DNA of 64,000 nt, taken from IMG/VR virus record IMGVR_UViG_645058824_000001, positions 1 through 64,000 of that record, one strand, 5' to 3'. The DNA comes from a virus. Lineage: Duplodnaviria > Caudoviricetes. Shown here in pieces: positions 1 through 7,957 of the stretch. Both the position numbers and the translations under genes were made by a program. Below the pieces are notes generated by a model that was given only the letters and a program-made list of their open reading frames with translations, was not told the origin of the DNA and made no database searches. The first letter of the stretch is position 1. Each line of letters opens with the position of its first letter.

Positions 1-264
1 ATGGCCATTGATCCGGATGCGGAGATCGATCACGAGGGTCCGGTGACCCCGTACCGGCAGCTCGCCGAGATCCTGAAGGCGCGGATCGCGCGCGGGGACT
101 GGGCACCCGGCCGGCCGATCGCGTCGGAGACGCGGCTGGTGCAGGAGTACGGCCTGGCCCGGTCGACGGTGCGGCGGGCGCTCGCCGTGCTCGTTGAGGA
201 GCGGGTGGTGTGGACGGTGCAGGGGCGTGGCACCTACGTGGGTCAGCCGCCAGCAGAGGGCTAA
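1..264 (+). CDS. GntR-family winged-helix DNA-binding protein (stand-alone HTH)
   Basis: PYRQLAEILKARI...ASETRLVQEYGLARSTVRRALAVL...TVQGRGTYV is the GntR wHTH signature. Confidence 0.88.
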   Translation: MAIDPDAEIDHEGPVTPYRQLAEILKARIARGDWAPGRPIASETRLVQEYGLARSTVRRALAVLVEERVVWTVQGRGTYVGQPPAEG

Positions 265-265
265 C

Positions 266-475
266 TCAGGTTCCGAGCAGGCTCATCATGCGCTGGTGCA
301 GTCGCTCGCCGCTCAGGGCTGTCGTCCCGTCCGGGCCGATGACTGCGATCTCGGAGAGGTTTCCGCGCTCCCATCCGTTGCTGAGGAAGGCGACGGCTTC
401 GTCGAGGGTGTCGCACTCCTCTTCCTGCTCGCTGTAGTAGCGCCAGTAGCGGGCCTTGTACGTCTCGTCGCTCAT
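266..475 (-). CDS. hypothetical protein (69 aa)
   Basis: ATG at 475 preceded by GAAGGGAGGG RBS; MSDETYKARYWRYY... Confidence 0.65.
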   Translation of the reverse strand: MSDETYKARYWRYYSEQEEECDTLDEAVAFLSNGWERGNLSEIAVIGPDGTTALSGERLHQRMMSLLGT

Positions 476-555
476 CGCGCCCTCCCTTCGGGTACAGGAT
501 GACAGACCGCGCCTTCTCGTAGCCCGCTGTCCGACCGCCCGACTACGCTGGCGCC

Positions 556-750
556 ATGCTTCCCTCTCCTCTTCCCGCAGCCCCGGTGCGTCCGGCTGTG
601 GTGGTGAATGAGGAGATCCGCGCGCTGGTGCGGGCGTGTGGTGGCTGGCTGTATGGGGAGTCCCGCGAGCGGTACGAATCGCTGGTGGCGGAGTGGACGC
701 GGGCGGTTGCGGCGGAGCGGGCGTGCGGGCCGGTCGACGTCGCGGCGTGA
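556..750 (+). CDS. hypothetical protein, probably leaderless
   Basis: TACGCT -10 six nt before the ATG; followed by a terminator. Confidence 0.6.
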   Translation: MLPSPLPAAPVRPAVVVNEEIRALVRACGGWLYGESRERYESLVAEWTRAVAAERACGPVDVAA

Positions 751-767
751 CGGTAGGCTGACGTGCG

Positions 768-800
768 AGCGCCCCCGCCAATTCTCCTGGCGGGGGCGCT
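768..800. terminator. bidirectional GC-rich hairpin terminator
   Basis: Perfect 13-bp stem AGCGCCCCCGCCA/TGGCGGGGGCGCT between convergent genes. Confidence 0.7.
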
Positions 801-822
801 TCTGCGTGCGGGGCTCAGACCC

Positions 823-1080
823 TCACTTCTCGGTGACGCGGTCGGCGGCCAGCCGCTCGGTGGTCTTGTCCCAGACGTTCTCGTACCGGACCCACCGCTG
901 CCCATCGACGTCCCACTGGTCGACGGCGATACGGACCACGTTGCTCAGCCCTGCGGCGACGCGCTCCTTCTCGTCTTCGACGGCGCGGTAGGCGGCGGGC
1001 TTGGACCGGTGCTTGGTGTAGACCGGAACGCTGGGCGTGGTCAGCACCAGGCGCCACGGCTGGGATGGCTTCTTCGTCAC
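823..1080 (-). CDS. hypothetical phage protein
   Basis: GTG start 9 nt after the GAGG of the junction motif; ends TEK*. Confidence 0.65.
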   Translation of the reverse strand: MTKKPSQPWRLVLTTPSVPVYTKHRSKPAAYRAVEDEKERVAAGLSNVVRIAVDQWDVDGQRWVRYENVWDKTTERLAADRVTEK

Positions 1081-1091
1081 GGTCGGTGCCC

Positions 1092-1328
1092 TCACTTCTC
1101 GTCGGCGATGCGGATGTCGAGGCTGACGGCGTACACGCGGTCGCGGTCGGTGTCGTAGGAGCCGTACCGGTTGTACAGGGCCCCGTCAGCGTCCTTCTGG
1201 TTTCCGTAGACGTGGTAGTCGTCGCTGTTGTCGCGGAGGTAGTCGAGCGCGAGGCGCTGCGCGTCGTCGGCGTCGGTGGCGATGACGTAGATGGTGCCGC
1301 TGATGCGGTCAGAGCGGGTGATCGGCAT
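1092..1328 (-). CDS. hypothetical phage protein
   Basis: ATG 9 nt after the GAGG of the junction motif; ends DEK*. Confidence 0.65.
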   Translation of the reverse strand: MPITRSDRISGTIYVIATDADDAQRLALDYLRDNSDDYHVYGNQKDADGALYNRYGSYDTDRDRVYAVSLDIRIADEK

Positions 1329-1339
1329 GGCCTGTGTCC

Positions 1340-1696
1340 TCACTTCTCGGTGTCGGTCTTGCGGTTCCTCGGCTGCCCGTGTCTCTCCAGCACCCGGTAC
1401 AGCCGGGACGGAGGCATCGTGGCGGCCATGGCGATGGCCTTTCGGTCGGCGTGCGGGCTGGTCTTGTCGGCCGCCACCATCGCCAGCTCCCGGAACGCCT
1501 CCAGGTGCTGGATTACGCGGGAGACCTGGGCGATGGTCGTGGTCAGGTCGTCGAAGGTGCGGGCGTGGCGGGGGCCTTCGACGCCGACCTCGTTGCGGAT
1601 GGCGGCGGCGAACGCGTCGGCGAGGTCGGGTGTGATCTCGAAGACCACGTCCTTGTTGCCGTCGGCGTCACCGATCTCGGCGAACCTCTTCTTCAT
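1340..1696 (-). CDS. putative HTH DNA-binding protein (leaderless)
   Basis: C-terminal RKAIAMAATMPPSRLYRVLERH looks like an HTH; promoter directly upstream. Confidence 0.6.
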   Translation of the reverse strand: MKKRFAEIGDADGNKDVVFEITPDLADAFAAAIRNEVGVEGPRHARTFDDLTTTIAQVSRVIQHLEAFRELAMVAADKTSPHADRKAIAMAATMPPSRLYRVLERHGQPRNRKTDTEK

Positions 1697-1703
1697 GACG
1701 CAT

Positions 1704-1732
1704 ACGCTACACACATCGCGAACGCTACACAA
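1704..1732 (-). promoter_or_regulatory. sigma70-type promoter overlapped by a 10-bp direct-repeat operator
   Basis: TTGTGT-17-TAGCGT-7-ATG; ACGCTACACA at 1704-1713 and 1722-1731. Confidence 0.6.
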
Positions 1733-1775
1733 TGGGTTTGCGGGAACCCACCCCACCCCGGCATAGACTCCGGCC

Positions 1776-1973
1776 GTGAGTACCTTCGATTTCCCCGACG
1801 CCCTGCTAGCCGCCGAACGCGACGCCTGGACCGCCATCCAGGCAGGCACCCTCACCCCCACGCAGGCAGACGACGTACAGCGGGCCATCACCGCCTACGC
1901 CATCGACCGCGGGCACGACAGGTACAAGGTTGAGATGGCGCTCAAGAAGGCCGTCCGGCACCCGGAGGGCTGA
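1776..1973 (+). CDS. hypothetical protein, leaderless
   Basis: TAGACT-N6-GTG; helical 65-aa ORF. Confidence 0.65.
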   Translation: MSTFDFPDALLAAERDAWTAIQAGTLTPTQADDVQRAITAYAIDRGHDRYKVEMALKKAVRHPEG

Positions 1974-2027
1974 GCCGCCCCGGGGAGCGGGGGGAACGTC
2001 TCGCCGGATCTGTGCCACCGTCGCCTC

Positions 2028-2222
2028 ATGGACAACGTGCAGCGGATCTACCGCCGATCAGAGAAGCGCCACATCCCCGCCCGGCCCTGCCCCGACTGCG
2101 GCACCCCGATACGAGGCCACTGGAAAGAGCACCCCGGACTCGTGGTCGACCCCGACCCGCAAGGCAGCGTCACCTGGCGATGCCCCGGCCAACAGTGCCT
2201 CACCGGCAAGGAGAGCTTCTGA
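2028..2222 (+). CDS. small zinc-ribbon-like protein
   Basis: CPDC...CPGQQC; CACCGT-N6-ATG; hairpin downstream. Confidence 0.55.
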   Translation: MDNVQRIYRRSEKRHIPARPCPDCGTPIRGHWKEHPGLVVDPDPQGSVTWRCPGQQCLTGKESF

Positions 2223-2331
2223 CAGCAGTCCGCCCCCGACCGGTGCTGTACGGGCGGGGGCGGCTTCAGCACTGCGCCAGCAAGGGCTGATGTTCCGACC
2301 AGCCTACGGGGCGCCGCTGACAACGCCGGGA

Positions 2332-2658
2332 TCAGACGTAGCTGCCCGGCTTCCAGTCAACAGGCGCACCCGGGCACGGTCCGCCGGACCACTGCGAGTG
2401 CGGCAGGCGGCAGCGGGTGCAGCGCTGGACATGGTCGTCGCCGTACTCGAAGACATGCTCATCGTCGCGCGTCGACAGGATGTAAAGGCCGGGCTGCGAC
2501 GGCATCCGCGCGGCGAGGGCGTTCAGGGACTGGCCCGGGAAGTCGTACTCCTCGGCGACCTGGCCAGCGGGCGTGACCCACCGGCGAGCGACAACACGCT
2601 CCTTACGAGCCAGCTGCTTGAGCGCACGGTCGGCATTCGGGTACGGACGGTAGGCCAT
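2332..2658 (-). CDS. hypothetical protein with Cys/His-rich C-terminus
   Basis: GAGGAG RBS; CTRCRLPH...C. Confidence 0.6.
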   Translation of the reverse strand: MAYRPYPNADRALKQLARKERVVARRWVTPAGQVAEEYDFPGQSLNALAARMPSQPGLYILSTRDDEHVFEYGDDHVQRCTRCRLPHSQWSGGPCPGAPVDWKPGSYV

Positions 2659-2694
2659 GGCGTCTCCTCTACTCCCCGCCAGGATGGCAGAGCC

Positions 2695-2892
2695 TCACGG
2701 CGTCTCGGGCCACCTCGTCAACGTCGTGCCCGTCTCCTCGTCGACGAGGGTGACGCGCGCGTCGGGCAGGTCGCCCCACTCGCCGATCCAGTCCCGATGC
2801 TTCCCGCGGGCTGTCGCCTCCGACGCCCACCAGCCGTGCTGCACCGGACGGCCAGCCGAGGCGAGGGTGACGTGGTAGCGCTCGGGATGCAT
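2695..2892 (-). CDS. hypothetical protein, leaderless
   Basis: TAGGGT-N6-ATG; MHPERYHVTL...HGWW. Confidence 0.65.
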   Translation of the reverse strand: MHPERYHVTLASAGRPVQHGWWASEATARGKHRDWIGEWGDLPDARVTLVDEETGTTLTRWPETP

Positions 2893-2939
2893 GCCGCCAC
2901 CCTACGGCCACTGTCAGTGCCACCAGCAAGAATGCCCAC

Positions 2940-3113
2940 ATGAAGAGCTACGCCCTCACCTGGACCGACCCCGACGGCACCCCGCACGCCTCCGCCGTCG
3001 CCTACGACAAACCGTCCGCCGACCGGCGGAAGACCGCGCTCGAGACCGCCGGCTGCACCGACATCGAGCTCGTGCCCGTCAAACCCGGCGAACTCCCCGA
3101 ACCGCGGGGGTGA
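2940..3113 (+). CDS. hypothetical protein (57 aa; not in the ORF track)
   Basis: MKSYALTWTDPDGTPHASAVAYDKPSADRRKTALETAGCTDIELVPVKPGELPEPRG*, strong GC3 bias, terminator right after. Confidence 0.65.
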   Translation: MKSYALTWTDPDGTPHASAVAYDKPSADRRKTALETAGCTDIELVPVKPGELPEPRG

Positions 3114-3118
3114 ACACG

Positions 3119-3148
3119 CGAGCGCCCGGCCGTCAGACCGGGCGCTCG
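3119..3148. terminator. hairpin terminator
   Basis: CGAGCGCCCGG/CCGGGCGCTCG 11-bp stem. Confidence 0.65.
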
Positions 3149-3336
3149 GGGTTCGGCGACCACGCTGGGCTGTCGCCACTGGGCACCCAAGGGACGCGTC
3201 AGGTGAGGCACCGCCCGGGTCCCGCCGTCGGACGGCCACCGCTGCGCCCCTGGTGTGGAGGCTAGGCGGCTCTGAGGGGGCGCGTGCTGCGCAGTCACGC
3301 ACGGGACGCCTCTGCCAGCCAGGATGCCAGAGCGGT

Positions 3337-3984
3337 CTACGGTGCGGGCTCGTATTCCACGGTGTCGTCGCACCCGGCGGCCAGGCGTTCCAGGGTCGCG
3401 CGCTCGGTGTCGTCGACAGTCAGACCCCAGCGGAGTTTCGTCGACACCCAGTCCACGGTGTACGTGCAGTGCGCGTCGGTGTTCGGCGGCAGCCACTCCG
3501 CCGGGTCCTGGTCCGCCTTGCTGCGGTTGGTGCGGGCCGTCACCGCGACCAGGCTGCGTTCGGCGTCGAGGTCGTTGGCGTAGGCCTCCCGGCGCTGCGC
3601 CGTCCACGCCGAAGCACCCGAGTCCCACGCCTCCGCGAGCGGCACCACGTGGTCGATGTCCAGCCCGGACGGGACAGTCACCGTCACACCGTCGTAGTAG
3701 GACAGCCACTCCCCCGCCGTCACCCGACACCCCGGCTCCACCATCGGCGCAACCAGCGACTCGGCCAACAGCACCTCCATGCGGGTGTTGCAGCCGTCCC
3801 GGTCGGAGTCCACCCAATGCCGGAACTGGTCGCGGCTGTAGCCCTCGCGGGACTCGTCCGCAGTCGGCAGCGCGGCCACCGCGTCAGCGAGCGGCAGTGA
3901 CACCGGAGCGGCGGAAGCCGGCGTCGCCAGAGGCAGGATCAGGAGGGCGGCGGCAAGCAGGCCGCGCACAGTCGTCTTGAGCAT
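3337..3984 (-). CDS. secreted HNH-type nuclease (DUF1524-like)
   Basis: Signal peptide ending PASA-A; GCNTR, DIDHVVPLAEAWDSGA, ANDL, NRSKADQDP motifs. Confidence 0.85.
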   Translation of the reverse strand: MLKTTVRGLLAAALLILPLATPASAAPVSLPLADAVAALPTADESREGYSRDQFRHWVDSDRDGCNTRMEVLLAESLVAPMVEPGCRVTAGEWLSYYDGVTVTVPSGLDIDHVVPLAEAWDSGASAWTAQRREAYANDLDAERSLVAVTARTNRSKADQDPAEWLPPNTDAHCTYTVDWVSTKLRWGLTVDDTERATLERLAAGCDDTVEYEPAP

Positions 3985-4089
3985 GCCCCGGTGATATCGG
4001 CACCCGACCCCGCCGCAGGCCCGGACCGCGGGCACGTCACCCGAGTGCGGGCAATCCTCACACCGACACGCCAGCTCAGCCGATCACGG

Positions 4090-4440
4090 TCAGGGAATCG
4101 GGACGCTCGTGCACGTCGGGTCCTCCACGCACTCGTCGATCTTCCGACGGTTCTCCGCGCTACGTTCCAACAGCGCCTGCGAGTACATCCCCAACTGGTC
4201 GGGCAGGCCCTCGCACACGGCGGGTCGCTTCTCGAACTCGACCTCCTCGCCGGGCGACTCGACCATGATGGCCAGCCACTCATCGATGCACACCTGCCGC
4301 GCTGCGGCTTCCGACAGGCTCGGCGTCGCCGTCACCGTCTCCGTCACTGCAGGCTGCGGCTTGTCACTTTCGCTGTCGCTGCTGGAGCAGCCGGCCAGCG
4401 TAAGACAGGCGGCGGCGAGCAGAGTGATGGTGCGGCGCAT
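4090..4440 (-). CDS. lipoprotein
   Basis: MRR + hydrophobic stretch + lipobox LAG-C, Ser/Thr linker. Confidence 0.8.
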   Translation of the reverse strand: MRRTITLLAAACLTLAGCSSSDSESDKPQPAVTETVTATPSLSEAAARQVCIDEWLAIMVESPGEEVEFEKRPAVCEGLPDQLGMYSQALLERSAENRRKIDECVEDPTCTSVPIP

Positions 4441-4776
4441 GATGTCCCCCAGTAGTGCGCGGTACTGAAGAGCGGATCGTACCGACGGGACCTGCGCGAC
4501 GAGGCGGGAACAGCAGAAGCCCCGCCGAGACGGGGGAGCCCGGCGGGGCTCCAAGCAGTGTGGCACGAGGGCTGGCAGGACGGGCGGCTTCCACGTAGCG
4601 TGTCCGGGCGGCCTGCCTCGTTCGCAGCGACCCCTCCGGGGGCGTGGGGACTACCCCGCTGGCAGGCCGCGCCCGACGTACAGGGGAGGCGCCATGAGCA
4701 GCGACACCGGCTGGGGATGAACCCCCAGACAGCGCGACGCCCCCGCAGCCAGTCGGCCGCGGGGGCGTCGTCGCGC

Positions 4777-4944
4777 TCAGGCGTCGCCGTCTTCCTTCTC
4801 CTGCTTCTGGATCAGCTCGTCATAGAGGGCTTGGATGCGTGCGTTGGCTTCGGGCGATAGAGGCTTCTGCCAGGTGATCTCGCCGGTCTCGTACCAGATC
4901 TCCATCCAGTCCCGCGGGCGCTCCTCAGGCGAGTCGTCGCTCAC
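4777..4944 (-). CDS. hypothetical protein (55 aa; not in the ORF track)
   Basis: GTG overlaps the recombinase stop; MSDDSPEERPRDWMEIWYETG... Confidence 0.55.
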   Translation of the reverse strand: MSDDSPEERPRDWMEIWYETGEITWQKPLSPEANARIQALYDELIQKQEKEDGDA

Positions 4945-6104
4945 TGCGTCTCCTGCCCCTCGGTCGGCGTAGGTCGGAAGCGGTCGGTGATTCCTCCGAA
5001 GAGGGCTTCGGCGGCGTCGACGTGGGCGGCGTTGCGTTGTCCCTTGTTACGGCGGTTCCAGTAGCCGACGGTGGTGGCGGGGTTGTCGTGGTCGGCGAAC
5101 GCTTGGACCTCTGCCAGCGGTTCCCCTGCGTCGAGCATGTGGGTGATGCGGCTGGCGCGGAGGACGTGCGGGGTGAGCTTCCGGCAGACCTTGCACTTGG
5201 TGAAGGTGTGCCCTGGCTTGTCGACGGTGGGGCAGGTGAGGACGCGGGCCTTGCGGCCGAGGCGGGTGAGGAGTCGGGCGACATCATGCCGGTCCAGCCG
5301 GCGGCCGTCCTTGTCGAGGAGGAGCGGCCCTTCGGTGCGGCCCGCGGTGTGGGCGTCGAGGAGTTCGGCGACGGTGGTGGGGAGCGGGAGGATGCGTTCC
5401 TTGTGTTCCTTGCGGGTGACGTCGAGGTAGGAGCGGCGTCCGCGTTCGATCCTCTTGGTGACGTCGGCGGCGACCATCTCGGTGACGCGTCCGGCGAGGG
5501 TGTAGAGGAGGAGAACGATGAGGGCGTCGAACTCGTTCTCTGCGGCGTTGGCAACGGCCTTCACCTCGTCGACTTCCAGGACGGGGGTGCTGCGGGAGGT
5601 GTTGCCCTTGTCGACCTTGGGTCGGTCGTCCTGGGTGACAGGGTTCCGGGGCAGGTCGATCTTCTCGGCGGCGTAGGTGTGCAGCGAGGAGAGCGCGTTG
5701 AGGTAGCGGGAGATCGTGGTCGACGGTACGCCGCGGCCCTCCATCCGCAGGCGCCATGCGCGGATGTGGTCCGGGTTGAAGATGCCGAGGGCGAACCGCT
5801 CGTGACCCAGCTCCTGGGCGTATCCGCCCCAGACGCGTCGGATGTCGTCCACGTAGTTGCGTTTCGTTTGGAGGCTGCCGCGTCGGGTGGAGGACAGCCA
5901 GTCCATGACCATGACGAAGGTCTCTGGGGTGACGGCTTCGGCGAGGAGTTCGGCGCGGGGCCGGTAGATGCGCTCCTGTCCACGGCGGTCGACTTGGACG
6001 AGGCCGAGGTCGTCGACGAGCTTGCGGCGGACTTCCTCGAAGAGGTCCGAGCCGGGCAGCGCGATCGACTGCCCGGCGGACTGCTGTGGCAGGTTCAACG
6101 TCAC
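4941..6104 (-). CDS. tyrosine recombinase (XerC/Cre-like)
   Basis: Catalytic R (AGRVTE), K (TRKEHK), HxxR (PHVLRAS), H (DHDNP), Y (TTVGY); core-binding domain; GTG overlaps the HAD gene stop. Confidence 0.93.
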   Translation of the reverse strand: MTLNLPQQSAGQSIALPGSDLFEEVRRKLVDDLGLVQVDRRGQERIYRPRAELLAEAVTPETFVMVMDWLSSTRRGSLQTKRNYVDDIRRVWGGYAQELGHERFALGIFNPDHIRAWRLRMEGRGVPSTTISRYLNALSSLHTYAAEKIDLPRNPVTQDDRPKVDKGNTSRSTPVLEVDEVKAVANAAENEFDALIVLLLYTLAGRVTEMVAADVTKRIERGRRSYLDVTRKEHKERILPLPTTVAELLDAHTAGRTEGPLLLDKDGRRLDRHDVARLLTRLGRKARVLTCPTVDKPGHTFTKCKVCRKLTPHVLRASRITHMLDAGEPLAEVQAFADHDNPATTVGYWNRRNKGQRNAAHVDAAEALFGGITDRFRPTPTEGQETQ

Positions 6105-6652
6105 GCCGCCGCCTCGGACAATCCAGCCGCCCACTTGGTCAGCGCCTCGAAGTCTTCGGGTAGCAAGCCGAGCCGAGGGTCCACGTGGTGCAGCAGGGCG
6201 GGGCCGCTGTGGTGGCGCTGCACGTAGTCGCGATCCAGATCGGTGACTTCGTCGTCCACCCACGCGAAGGGGCGTCCGGCCGCGTACTCCACGATGGTCT
6301 TGGTCTTCCAGTGCACTGCGGGCGGCGCCTTCCAGTACGGACTCGACGGCGGCTTCTCGTCCGGCCATTCGATGACGGGCAGCGGAGGCAGGCCGATGTG
6401 CGGGCCGATCCACTCGTTGGCCTCGTGCATCCAGGTTGTAGCCCAGACGAGAGAGAAGGGCAGCGCGAGGAGTTCCGCGCCGTGTCCGTGGTTCAGCCAG
6501 ACCCTCAAGGGCTTCTGGTACGGCTGCTCCCAGCCGCTCGGACGCATTCGGTGCGTGCTGTACCCCTCGGGGCGTCGAGACGGTTTGGCCATCCATGGGT
6601 TCAGAGGGCCGTCCACATCGAGTAACAGCAGTGGTGGCGTGACGGTTTCCAT
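6101..6652 (-). CDS. HAD-superfamily phosphatase (Swiss-army-knife RNA-repair-like)
   Basis: LLLDVDGPLNP motif I, WATTW, WKT, AWVDDE. Confidence 0.85.
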   Translation of the reverse strand: METVTPPLLLLDVDGPLNPWMAKPSRRPEGYSTHRMRPSGWEQPYQKPLRVWLNHGHGAELLALPFSLVWATTWMHEANEWIGPHIGLPPLPVIEWPDEKPPSSPYWKAPPAVHWKTKTIVEYAAGRPFAWVDDEVTDLDRDYVQRHHSGPALLHHVDPRLGLLPEDFEALTKWAAGLSEAAA

Positions 6653-6674
6653 ACCTCACAGGGTATCAATTTTC

Positions 6675-6701
6675 TAGCGCATAAGGGAACGTTATGCGCT
6701 A
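6675..6701. other. candidate tyrosine-recombinase site (dif/lox-like)
   Basis: TAGCGCATAA-GGGAACG-TTATGCGCTA: perfect 10-bp arms with an asymmetric 7-bp spacer, in an AT-rich patch upstream of the HAD-recombinase operon. Confidence 0.6.
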
Positions 6702-6776
6702 TCTCTGCGGATGAGGCCCTGCTGACAAGGCGCCCCGTCTTCGGCAGACTCGCGGCGCTGGAACGCGAACGAAGGG

Positions 6777-6965
6777 GTGGACATGGCAGAGCTCAGCTAC
6801 GAGCAGCTACAGGCGCGGGCACTCAGCAACTTGGACAACGCTTACGGCGAGAGAGCCGGCTCTGACGATCAGGTGGCGGCCCTCACGAGGGCTCAGGTGC
6901 ATGCCCTGCTGACGGTCGGCGCGGCAATGAAGGATCTGGCGCAGGCAATCCGCGAGGGCCGCTAG
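6777..6965 (+). CDS. hypothetical protein
   Basis: 62-aa helical ORF followed by a terminator. Confidence 0.55.
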   Translation: MDMAELSYEQLQARALSNLDNAYGERAGSDDQVAALTRAQVHALLTVGAAMKDLAQAIREGR

Positions 6966-6974
6966 AACGAGCTG

Positions 6975-7021
6975 CGCCCCCGCTCCCCCGTCGTGACGGG
7001 CTGGAGCGGGGGCGTTGTCGT
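6975..7021. terminator. hairpin terminator (copy A)
   Basis: CGCCCCCGCTCC/GGAGCGGGGGCG + TTGTCGT. Confidence 0.7.
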
Positions 7022-7100
7022 GTCACGGCTCGGTGACGGACGGCTACCTGTAGGGCGTGTGTGGTCTACGGTGATCCGACGTTCAACCTTGGGGGGACTC

Positions 7101-7718
7101 ATGCGCACACGCGCTACCGCGGCTGTGGCCGCGATGCTTCTGGCGGCTCTCACCGCATGCGGCGGCGGGGACGACAGTCCGACGGCGGACACGAAGCCGT
7201 CCGCGGTCGAGACGCCGGGCGGGGAGCCGACGTCCGGGCAGGTCGAGGAGAGTATGAAGCTCGGCGAGCCGGCCCAGACAGTCGGTGACGGCGGCGAGGG
7301 CACGCTGGAGATCACGCCGGACACGATCGTCTTCGTGAAGGAAGGCGGCGGCGAGACCTCGGAGAACGGTACCTTCGTCGTCGTCACGATGAAGGACAAG
7401 GTGACGTCGGACGTCGCCGCGGATGAGCCGGCGCCGATCACGGGCGGGGGCTGGAAGTGGATGGCCCCGGACGGGGAGATGATCGGCTTCGATAGCGGCA
7501 ACTCGTCCGGGGTGGTGATGGACAAGTACAACAACGCCGACCCCGTCCAGCCGGGCGCCTACCAGTGGCGGGCCCAGGTCTTCGACCTGACGGAGGAGCA
7601 GGCGAAGGGGGGCACGCTCATCTACATCGACGGCGAGGAGAAGGCGCACCGCTGGCAGATGCCGTCCACCGACAGCGGGCCGAACGTGGCCGAGGTGAAG
7701 AAGCAGCTGGAGTTCTGA
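7101..7718 (+). CDS. lipoprotein (possibly DUF4352-like beta-sandwich)
   Basis: Lipobox LTA-C after MRTR + hydrophobic stretch; GGGGGA RBS. Confidence 0.8.
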   Translation: MRTRATAAVAAMLLAALTACGGGDDSPTADTKPSAVETPGGEPTSGQVEESMKLGEPAQTVGDGGEGTLEITPDTIVFVKEGGGETSENGTFVVVTMKDKVTSDVAADEPAPITGGGWKWMAPDGEMIGFDSGNSSGVVMDKYNNADPVQPGAYQWRAQVFDLTEEQAKGGTLIYIDGEEKAHRWQMPSTDSGPNVAEVKKQLEF

Positions 7719-7729
7719 GCACAGCGAAG

Positions 7730-7779
7730 CGCCCCGCTCCCCCACCGCTGATGCGGCGGGAGGAGCGGGGCGTTGTCGT
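7730..7779. terminator. hairpin terminator (copy B)
   Basis: CGCCCCGCTCC/GGAGCGGGGCG + TTGTCGT. Confidence 0.7.
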
Positions 7780-7956
7780 TCAGGCGGGTTCGTCGGGCCT
7801 GTATCCGTCGGGCAGGTCGGGGTAGACCGGCTCCTGGAACGGGTTCGTGGCTGGTGCGGGGATCGGCTGGGGTTCCTCGCGTCCGAGGCGGACCAGGCTG
7901 CCGACGTCGGCGGCAGTGTCGTCACGGCGCGGCTGCAGCGGAACGGCTTCCGGCAT
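7780..7956 (-). CDS. small Pro-rich protein at the end of the lysis cassette
   Basis: ATG immediately after the upstream stop. Confidence 0.55.
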   Translation of the reverse strand: MPEAVPLQPRRDDTAADVGSLVRLGREEPQPIPAPATNPFQEPVYPDLPDGYRPDEPA

Positions 7957-7957
7957 G

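Noticed and set aside
1-264. GntR protein as the KorA/TraR repressor of the tra block
   Set aside because: Lies about 47 kb away and lacks the effector domain; no evidence linking them
6105-6659. N-terminal extension of the recombinase to 572 aa, as in the ORF track
   Set aside because: Overlaps the HAD gene in another frame; the coupled GTG at 6104 with GAGG fits better
6675-6701. Protelomerase telRL site or prophage boundary (attL/attR)
   Set aside because: The asymmetric core is unlike a telRL palindrome; no second copy was seen and phage-type genes continue on both sides
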